A stretch of 58,218 nt of DNA, counting the filler, from Sphacelaria rigidula (Eukaryota), in assembly GCA_964200075.2 (NCBI GenBank). It is 10 parts of 10 records of this genome, joined end to end, with 100 filler letters (N's around TTAATTAATTAA, not from the genome) between each part and the next. Parts side by side here need not be neighbours in the genome. Positions count along the whole stretch, not along the records: positions 46,657 to 52,387 come from CAXNAA020024886.1; positions 52,488 to 58,218 come from CAXNAA020024887.1; 8 more parts are not named here. The stretch is one strand, 5' to 3'. This document shows positions 49,880 to 58,218 of this stretch, piece after piece. The notes under the pieces are model-generated. The model was not told the DNA's origin. It was given only the letters and a program-made list of their open reading frames with translations, and did not search any database. A program made the translations under genes and the position numbers. The number at the start of each line of letters is the position of its first letter. Position 1 is the first letter of the stretch.

Positions 49880-51200
49880 TCAGTGATTGCAAAGAATCAC
49901 TCCTGTAGTGCACTGTCTTATATCAACGAATGCCCATAGCCATAGTACGGTACAGGGTGTTGCCAGTAACGTGGAAGGGATAGGTACATGCTTTTGGGTT
50001 GGTTTTTGTCCGCTCTTCCGTGGCGGGCTGCAGCATGTCTTTGGGAACCAGTACTTCATTTGCGATGGCTCTTTAGCAGCATGGCATGCCACACCGCGCT
50101 GTTGGCTTTCAGTGCTTGTGAAGAACACTCCTGTACTGCACTGTTTTCTATCATTGAAAGCATATCAACGAATGTCTATAGCCGTAGTGCCGTGCTCTTT
50201 AGCAGCATGGCATGCCACACGGCTGTGTTGGCTTTCAGTGCTTGTGAAAAACAACACGTGGTCACTCCTGTACTGCACTGTTATATATCAACGAATGCCT
50301 ATAGCCATAGTGCAGTGCAGGGTGTCGCCAGTAATGTGAAAGGGGTAGGTACATGCTTTTGGGTTGGTTTTTGTCCGCTCTTCCGTGGCAGGATGCAGCA
50401 TGTCTTTGGGAATCAATACTTCATTTGCGATGGCTCTTTAGGAGCATGGTATGCCACACCGCGCTGTTGGCTTTCAGTGCTTGTGAAGAACACTCCTGTA
50501 CTGCACTGTTTTCTATCATTGAAAGCATATCAACGAATGTCTATAGCCATAGTACAGTGCTCTTTAGCAGCATGGCATGCCACACGACTGTGTTGGCTTT
50601 CAGTGCTTGTGAAAAACAACACGTGGTCACTCCTGTACTGCACTGTTATATATCAACGAATGACCATAGCCATAGTACAGTGCAGGGTGTCGCCAGTAAT
50701 GTGTAAGGGACAGGTACATGCTTTTGGGTTGGTTTTTGTCCGCTCTTCCGTGGCAGGCTACAGCATGTCTTTGGGAATCAATACTTCATTTGCGTGGCTC
50801 TTTAGCAGCATGGCACGCCACACCGCGCTGTTGGCTTTCAGTGCTTGTGAAGAACACTCCTGTACTGCACTGTTTTCTATCATTGAAAACCTACACACAT
50901 GTACAGCGCAGGGTATCGCCAGTAATGTGTAAGGGACAGGTACATGCTTCTGGGTTGGTTTTTGTCCGCTCTTCCGTGGCAGGCTACAGCATGTCTTTGG
51001 GAATCAATACTTCATTTGCGTGGCTCTTTAGCAGCATGGCACGCCACACCGCGCTGTTGGCTTTCAGAGCTTGTGAAGAACACTCCTGTACTGCACTGTT
51101 TTCTATCATTGAAAACCTACACACATGTACAGCACAGGGTATGGCCAGTTATGTGAAAGGGGCAGAAGATGTTTTTGTCCGCTCTTCCGTGGCAGGCTGT
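49880..51200. repeat. Higher-order tandem repeat with periods 365, 365 and 226 bp, built from nested subunits
   Basis: GGTACATGCTT.TGGGTTGGTTTTTGTCCGCTCTTCCGTGGC recurs at about 49983, 50348, 50713 and 50939. The subunit CTCTTTAG.AGCATGG...GCTTTCAG.GCTTGTGAA occurs six times. Confidence 0.95.
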
Positions 51201-51877
51201 GGATTGGGTCGAAAACATTTTTGCTGTTTGTGGTCTCTCCTGTTTTGTCGAGACCGTTGAACTGCTCCGCGTTTTTGTGAGTCTTGCCGAGCCGTTCACT
51301 TTGTTGTAGTAATGGAAGGTTGGTTTTGATATCAATTACTGTGTCAGGTTGGTAGTGTCCAGACTACTGGGTTATAAAAATTCGATGGGTACTCATTCAA
51401 CGTGACCGTTGACATCGGGACATCTTTCGACCTGCGTTTGCAATTTGATAGAGAAGGGTGACTGTTTATCTCCTCTTCGGTCCGTGTGTTTGACGTAAAT
51501 CAGATGCATTGTGCAAATTCGAATTCCCAGTGTTCAGTGGCAGCTGCCAACACGGGTAACAGACATTAACCGTGCAGTACACCCAACAAAATGGCGGCAA
51601 GGATACAACCACGGACGATTGACCACCTGCTGCGCAAAGTCTACAGTGCAGTACAAGTGTACAGTACACGTTATCCAATGGCGATGTGGTCCCCTTTGGT
51701 TGGTGGATTGATGATTGATGGATTATCGCTCTGTGACTGCTTCGCCAGGGATCCCCCCGCCGTCACGCCGTAGACATACGAAGAAAAAAAAAGACGGGAA
51801 CACTCTATGGTGAAGAAGAGGGAACACTACTGTAAAAAAATCAACGGAACGACTCCGTAGACCAAGACGTGAAAGAA

Positions 51878-51903
51878 AACAACAACAACAACAACAACAA
51901 CAA
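51878..51903. repeat. (AAC)n microsatellite
   Basis: About eight AAC units, read directly. Confidence 0.9.
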
Positions 51904-52241
51904 AAGCACAGAAAGAGATCATCGGTCTAGAACAAAAATAAAGAAAAATAATCTAAAGCAAAGAAAACTAAAGGAAGAGAACCCCTGCATTCTAATGTAC
52001 ACCCAGTTGTAAGTCACGGCCCCAATGAAGACCAGAAACCGCGGAAACGACTGCATGAAGCCTCCGGCGCACATGACCCGGGGATATCCCAACAGTATAT
52101 CATAAAACCCCGATAATATAACGGTCAACCGCGCCGAAGATTCACATCAGTGTTCGTCTACGAAAGTGCCCAGCAAAATCTATACCGGCCGTCGTTTTCG
52201 GGCCGCAACCAAAATCCCCTTCTCCCCTCGCCTTCACAGAG

Positions 52242-52385
52242 TCACGACCTCGCATCGCTGGTGGAGTCGTCGCCGCCGTCGTTCACGAAGTCCTCATCCG
52301 CCTCCACCAACCCGCATTCCTTGCTCACCTTGTACACTTCGGGCTTACCCTTGAGGGCTTTGTACGTTCCGCTCAACACGTCATC
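52242..52385 (-). CDS. Possible terminal coding exon fragment of an unknown protein
   Basis: Open frame from the contig edge, DDVLSGTYKALKGKPEVYKVSKECGLVEADEDFVNDGGDDSTSDARS*, with GC-rich third positions. Confidence 0.35.
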   Translation of the reverse strand, partial: DDVLSGTYKALKGKPEVYKVSKECGLVEADEDFVNDGGDDSTSDARS

Positions 52386-52560
52386 ACNNNNNNNNNNNNN
52401 NNNNNNNNNNNNNNNNNNNNNNNNNNNNNNNTTAATTAATTAANNNNNNNNNNNNNNNNNNNNNNNNNNNNNNNNNNNNNNNNNNNNACTAAGACAAGAA
52501 CCTCATGACATAACGACACCCCTCATCGGGAGGGTTCACCCCCCACCCCTCACGCATTTC

Positions 52561-52628
52561 GTGGGGAAAAAACCCAGATCGTGTGACTGCACCGAGACTC
52601 AAACCCACGACCCGACCGTCAGAAGCTT
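52561..52628 (-). mobile_element. SINE family A head fragment
   Basis: Reverse complement GACGGTCGGGTCGTGGGTTTGAGTCTCGGTGCAGTCACACGATCTGGG matches 14616-14665. Confidence 0.7.
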
Positions 52629-55206
52629 TCATCGTTGGTATTTTCTCATGGTATTGAACAAAAAATACCACGAGAAAATTCGACTGGAGAATGCGACCAG
52701 AAGTGCTGATCCTTCAACACGGTTCCGCATATATTTTTCGGAGGGTTCGAGGAGGGGGGCAGGGGGTAATGAAAGAGCGTGGGAGGTACCAAAGTACGGT
52801 CAGCGGGATTCAAAGGAGTGTGCACGCCAAGGCAGGGTACAGAAACTTGAAGGCCTGACCGCACCAAGCTTTCTGTGTTGAAGTAAGAAGACGTACAACA
52901 TGGACCTTCCCCAATGGCTGCTTGTCCAGTTCTTACTGTGTGCTAACTGACACCGTCGTCCTACTCTATGCACAGTATGGACAGTGTACTGTCTAGAACT
53001 GTCTGTACTACACTTCCCCACATCGTTTTGAGTGCAACCATTGTATGCTTCTGTCTGCAAACCGACATCTGCATCCTGTACTGCCGTGTGCACGCTGTCC
53101 ACATCTCTCACGTTGTTCGCATCATTTTTACTACAGCCGCTGTACTTTGTGTGCGAACTGACACCTACTACTTACTGTATGAGGCAGCACAGACAGTCCA
53201 GTATTGCCTGTGCTGCAGGTTTTCGACAGCACGGTCGATGGCAACAGATCATCAACATTTGAAGCCATCCTGCGTGCGTCGGGATGGTGAAGCAAAGTCT
53301 TGTGTAGTGTGTAAACGGCGACAAGCAGTCCGTCTACGCCTGTGAGGACCATTCGCAACGACGATAGACTATGTGATCCATGCTCCCGTTCCGTTGCTCT
53401 ATGAGTGATGGGAATGCACTCATCTTCACATATTTTAGGCGGTCGATCTAGAGCATTTCGTGGCGTCTCGCGCCTGCCAGGTCAACCCTTCGAATGTCGG
53501 TGGAGATTCTCCCGAGCCATTTGTTACTGTAAGTCCCGCGATGTTTTGGAATTTGGTTTTTGTAGGTGTATTTGGGTACTGAAAAGAGTAAGAGTAATAC
53601 ACCACTTAAACTTTCAGCTGATGGGCGTGTAACCCCATCATGTGCTGGTTAATGAAGGAGCGTGTACATAATTTGGGTCATGCATCATTCTTGTGTGTGT
53701 TCTGACATCCTCGAACGTGAGTTATCACGTGTACTGACTGCGCGATCACCGTTCTACTGTTATGCTGTGTACCCCGACGGCACCATGCTGCTGGTCGTAG
53801 CTCATGCACAAAGGACTCTGATGCGCGGCATACGCATGGCAATGGCCTTTTGTTTGAAGGTGTCGCCTCCCCTCTACACGCAATCAATTCGGCCCTTTCC
53901 CCAATGCCCGTCCCTCTAATGTCCAACGAGAGGTCCGCGTGGTGGAAGGGTTCGGAGTTGGAGTCGGAGACAGTGCCATGTGCCATGTAGGGCTAGTCAG
54001 ACATTTCTTCGCACTCTGAGAGTTTTCTGTCTACGCATGACTGTTCTAAAAAGACCTTTCAGTCAGAATCATAAATGACTCAAAAAATAGCCGTTCCCTC
54101 GGGAAGCCCGCGGGACAGAAAGAAGGCACTGGCTCAATTTGAGGTGTTCCCCACTTGGTACTTTTGGGTCATTTTTTTCAAAATATCCTCTTGAGAACCC
54201 TGGCGCTGAGCGTACAAGCTCACGAACAGATATATGTATATATATATGTAAATATTTATATATCAGGAGATGAATACATGTCATCTCTCCGGCCAAGATT
54301 ACTCAGGTTCTACTATGTGAAATGCGTACACACACCCTCGATCCCTTGGGCTGTTTCACAGATTTCTGCCCGTGCGTTAGCTATTCCCCTCATTTGCCTT
54401 TGTTTCCCATAGTGCGGGTACAACTCCTACCCAAATCGTCCGCTGGTGATAACATACTGTCTGTTGAGTATAGGAAGATGGCCGTACAAACGTCTCTAGA
54501 CGTCCCGTGCTGCCCGCCGCAATGACCCGGCCGGTTTGGTTGTGACTATCGCTGAAGCAAAGTATCACATTCACCTCTTTCGTACCAAGGTCGTCAGTGT
54601 AAAGGTCGGGTAGATGATGTGTTGAGGACTCGGACTTATTTTCGATGTACGCGGCGCTTGTACGGGCGGCGCTTGTATGGAAACAGGGCGGATTAAGGTG
54701 GAAGAGGCTTTCGTCAAGCCCATGTTCTTGTCATGTTTAGTTATGTTGACTCCGGCGCAACAAGTACAGTGGATGAGTTCATCTGGCCTTGATGAGCGAG
54801 ACCACCACGGGCGATAATCGCGCCAAACTCCCTTGCAGCTATTTCCATACACGTGAGTGATGGTTACAAGCTCTAGCCTGCGAGCGTGCCGTTGTGTGGC
54901 CTCGAACTGCGTCGTTGCCAACCCAACATGAGCTCTCCGTGATTGCCGACATGACAGTCACCACTTGACCATCCCTCGAAGAACTCTACCGTCTTGGCTG
55001 AAGCTGACCCTTCCCCAAGAAACTGTCGCCCACGGCATGTGCTCGATCGACTAGCGTCCGTCCACGCCTACGTACAGACCACCCTACGAAATCTCTCCGG
55101 CCAATTGCCGGACGAAAATCGATAATATCTCGCATGAGCGCTCACAGGGCTAACCAGTCAAGCGCTTCGTCTTCCTCGTTCTCCGTGTCGATGTCCGCCT
55201 AGCAGA

Positions 55207-58200
55207 ATGAGCGACTCACGACGGGGTAAACGGCCCGGCCGAAGTCTGTCAAGTCGTTTAGCGTCCCTGAGCAAGAGTATGATCGACTCGAGCCGTGACG
55301 CAGACAAAGAAACCCCGACCCACCCACGAGACGCGGGAAGCGCTGCGGCCGACCAACCCGAAAGTCCTGCCTCAGGTAGCCCAGGTGGCTTTGCCAAGTC
55401 CGAACGCACGGAAAAAGCCGGCGGGGAGGTGGGTTCGGTGACCCCCTCACGGTCTCCCTCAAAGCGCCGCAAACCTCAGCCGACTCTGCAAGAGTCCGCT
55501 CGCGTGGCCCTTCTCGTACTTGAGGGCGACGCGGCCAACGAGAGGCCAGTTGCGAGGGTGGGCGGCAAAGGCAAGAGCAGAAAAAAAGCCACGGCGAAAA
55601 ACACTGGGGAGCAAGATGAAACCGAGAGGGATGACGCGGTAGACGGAAAGGCGGGTCCTTCCGAGGGGCACAGGGGCAAGGGGAAAGGCAGGAATAAAGG
55701 CCCTGCTCTTGTTGGCGCCAACGATGCAGGCGGCGTGAGCGTTTCCGGTGATGGCGCGCACTTGGAACAGTGGACAAAGGATGAGGCTCTCGACAGTCTC
55801 CTCTACAAAGGGAAACCTATGGTAGACATGAAGGTTGGGGACTTGCGTACGGCACTCGCTGCGCTTGAGCTGAGCGAGTCCGGACGCAAGCCAGAACTGC
55901 GCATGCGGCTCGCCCAGCGACTGTACTCTGACATCGCTGGCGGCGTGATTGGTGCGGGTAGCATGAAGGGGTTTTCCATTGGTATTCCATCCGACGACAT
56001 GAACGAGAGTGCGCCGGAGGCGCCAACGTCACGAGCAGCACGCCACCTGAACCGGAGGAGGCCTGTACTTTCAACAACCTTCTTGCGTAAGGGACCCGAC
56101 ACCAGGGATGATCCCATCCTGATCTCGTCTTCGGACGATGAAGCCGCTGCCGCCGCCGCCGCAGAGCAGACGCAGACGCAGACGCAGACGCAGATACAGC
56201 AAGAGGCAGAAGAAGAGTCAGAGGCTGCGATATCTGAAGCACAAACGGCCACTGTTCAGGACGAATATCTTGCTGCTGGCCCCCAGCCTGGTATGACCCT
56301 GGCGGACATGCGGAAGGCAGTCAAGGCCCTCGGACTTAAGCCCGCTGGTACTCGCAAAGTGCACTTCGAAGCCTGTTGGCGGGATGCCGTCAGCGGTGAG
56401 AACAAGGGTGGGCCAGACGATACTGAGGAGGAGAGCGAGGAAGAGACGGCAGGTGAAGAGGCAGACACGATCGATGGCGTTCTTGTGGCAGATATGAAGG
56501 TCGTAACTCTGAAAAAGTACATATCTGAGATGGACCTCACACCCGACGGTAAGCTGAAGGCCGACTTGCAGAAGTGCCTCTCCGAGGCTCTGCGCCGCCG
56601 GCGTCCCACTAGGGTCGAGCGGCCGGGCCGATCCCCCTCCCGCCAAGCTGCTGCTACGGAAACGGCGAAGAATGCTGGTCCAGGTGCCGGTGGGAGAGAG
56701 CGAACCAGCAGACGCGAAATCAATCCATCTCCAGTCTCTCCTGCGGCAAGTCGACGCGGCACCAAGTCCCGGAGTAAGATCACAGATTCATCACCTGCAG
56801 CTAACCAGGACGACAGCAGGGAAGCGAAGAACACTCGAAGCGAAACCCACTCACCTCCAGTATCCCCTGCGGCAGGTCGGCGAGTGAGAAAAACTAGAGG
56901 AGAGTTGGCAGCTGTTTCCACCCGGGCCGAGTTGGATGGCGGCAGGAAAGGACGGAAAACCCGAAGCAAAGCTCACTCTCCTTCCGTGGAACGGAAGCAC
57001 ACCTATTCGGCAGTCGTGCAGACACCTGATCGCGTCCGATTTCATGGAAAGTCCGTGTCGGACATGGGTCTTGAAGACATGCGGCTTAACCTGCATGTCC
57101 TGGAGATGCGCTCTCACAACCTGGTCGATAGTGAGGTGAGGGATCGTCTTGTTGCGGCCTTGATGCAGCGCCAGGCTGAAGCCGCCGAGAAAGATGAGAA
57201 TAGACAGAAGTGGCGGGGCCGTCAGGTGACCATCATGAGGAAGAACGAGCTAATTGATGCGCTAGAGGACTTGAAGGTAAAAATCAAGAGGGGAAGAAAG
57301 AACGCCGAGGAGGAGGAACTACGCACTCGCCTTCGCAAGGAGTTGTGGACCTGGGCTTATTCAGCGATAGAGGTTCCCGACCTGGTAACCGGCGCAGGTG
57401 CTGGCGCTGCGGTGGGTGGTTCTGATGCGGAAGCAGGAGGGGCGAAATCTGTGAAGGATAAGTCCTCGACCGCTGGTGGCCCCGCGGATCCCGGCAGTCT
57501 GGCTAGTGGCAGAGGTGGGCGCCGCGGACGACAAACTCGAGCCGCCCATGGGCGAGACAGTGAGCAACAAGAGGACGCCCCGATCCGGCCCAGGCGACGG
57601 GGAGTACAAGAAGAAGTTGTAGAACAAGGACAGTCTGCTTCCTGGAAGCAAGTGGGTGGTGTCACGGGCGGAAGCAGCACATCTACAAAGACGCAGGCGG
57701 CTTTCGGGGATGCTGCTATCGAACGCACTGCCGTGCGCAAGAAGGCACTTTCTGCCGGCGGCGGCAGCGGAGGTGGAGGGAGTGATGATGACGGAGATAC
57801 TGATGAAGATAGTGACGAAAACGTTGATGCCGACCAAAGCCATGGAGTCGACAACGAGGAATCATCTCCTGCCCCAACCCGCCGACCCGAGAGAAGCCCT
57901 AGCTGGTCCCCTGTTACGGGCACAGGTCAATCCAACCGAAAAGATGGGGAGCCGAAGTCCACCTCACCCCCGCCGGCCAAAAGGACGCCCAGTCGGTCCC
58001 CCATCAAGGGTAAGCGTCGATTACATCGTAGGGAAGCCGCCGAGTCTCCTTCGTCTTCGCCGGCAACCAAGCGCCGTCGCGGCCATGTACAGCCTGAGGC
58101 CACGTCACCTCCACGCGACGTTGAAATGGCTGAAGATTCTGACGTGGACTTGGGGGATGAAGTGATGGAGCAGGAAGCTGGCGCTGTGACCGGCAAGACG

Positions 58201-58218
58201 GCAAGTCCCCCTCGGCCA
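55207..58218 (+). CDS. Large low-complexity, probably nuclear protein with five SAP-like motifs, at least 1004 aa, 3' truncated
   Basis: Manual translation shows no stop from ATG 55207 to the window end. SAP-like motifs at about 55801-55923, 56290-56388, 56467-56592, 57037-57162 and 57208-57348. Preceded by branch-point-like GCTAAC, a pyrimidine tract and TAGCAG. Confidence 0.85.
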   Translation, partial: MSDSRRGKRPGRSLSSRLASLSKSMIDSSRDADKETPTHPRDAGSAAADQPESPASGSPGGFAKSERTEKAGGEVGSVTPSRSPSKRRKPQPTLQESARVALLVLEGDAANERPVARVGGKGKSRKKATAKNTGEQDETERDDAVDGKAGPSEGHRGKGKGRNKGPALVGANDAGGVSVSGDGAHLEQWTKDEALDSLLYKGKPMVDMKVGDLRTALAALELSESGRKPELRMRLAQRLYSDIAGGVIGAGSMKGFSIGIPSDDMNESAPEAPTSRAARHLNRRRPVLSTTFLRKGPDTRDDPILISSSDDEAAAAAAAEQTQTQTQTQIQQEAEEESEAAISEAQTATVQDEYLAAGPQPGMTLADMRKAVKALGLKPAGTRKVHFEACWRDAVSGENKGGPDDTEEESEEETAGEEADTIDGVLVADMKVVTLKKYISEMDLTPDGKLKADLQKCLSEALRRRRPTRVERPGRSPSRQAAATETAKNAGPGAGGRERTSRREINPSPVSPAASRRGTKSRSKITDSSPAANQDDSREAKNTRSETHSPPVSPAAGRRVRKTRGELAAVSTRAELDGGRKGRKTRSKAHSPSVERKHTYSAVVQTPDRVRFHGKSVSDMGLEDMRLNLHVLEMRSHNLVDSEVRDRLVAALMQRQAEAAEKDENRQKWRGRQVTIMRKNELIDALEDLKVKIKRGRKNAEEEELRTRLRKELWTWAYSAIEVPDLVTGAGAGAAVGGSDAEAGGAKSVKDKSSTAGGPADPGSLASGRGGRRGRQTRAAHGRDSEQQEDAPIRPRRRGVQEEVVEQGQSASWKQVGGVTGGSSTSTKTQAAFGDAAIERTAVRKKALSAGGGSGGGGSDDDGDTDEDSDENVDADQSHGVDNEESSPAPTRRPERSPSWSPVTGTGQSNRKDGEPKSTSPPPAKRTPSRSPIKGKRRLHRREAAESPSSSPATKRRRGHVQPEATSPPRDVEMAEDSDVDLGDEVMEQEAGAVTGKTASPPRP

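Noticed and set aside
49887..51260. Cys/Trp-rich ORFs up to 314 aa
   Set aside because: Periods of 365 and 226 bp are not multiples of three and the same peptides appear in shifting frames, as expected of a non-coding repeat.
53230..53920. Cys pairs resembling a piggyBac C-terminal domain (SCVVCKRR, FCLK)
   Set aside because: Scattered across frames, with no transposase core or TTAA-bounded TIRs identified.
55158..58204. Many minus-strand and alternate-frame ORFs of 60-240 aa
   Set aside because: Shadows of the GC-rich plus-strand frame starting at 55207.

Overview
This window is not one locus. It is ten unrelated contigs of 5732 or 5731 bp (1-5732, 5833-11564, 11665-17396, 17497-23228, 23329-29060, 29161-34892, 34993-40724, 40825-46556, 46657-52387, 52488-58218), joined by artificial 100-nt spacers (44 N + TTAATTAATTAA + 44 N). 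The DNA is eukaryotic, repeat-rich and has GT-AG introns. The retroelement peptides and gene structure suggest a brown alga or other stramenopile (inference). Parts of four host genes can be reconstructed: an ADAL/MAPDA-type adenosine-deaminase-family gene (4 exons), a type II membrane glycosyltransferase-like gene (2 exons), an EF-hand-like repeat protein (3 exons), and a stop-free frame of at least 1004 codons with five SAP-like motifs that the ORF track misses because it runs off the window end. The rest is mobile or repetitive DNA: decayed LINEs, two internally deleted Ty3/Gypsy elements (one with a chromodomain), a Ty1/Copia remnant, tRNA-derived SINEs, MITEs, a foldback-like element with a subrepeat array, and a higher-order tandem repeat. 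I found no convincing multi-gene novel system. The best leads are the multi-SAP protein, the foldback element and the Gypsy ORF1 with a very long disordered N-terminus.
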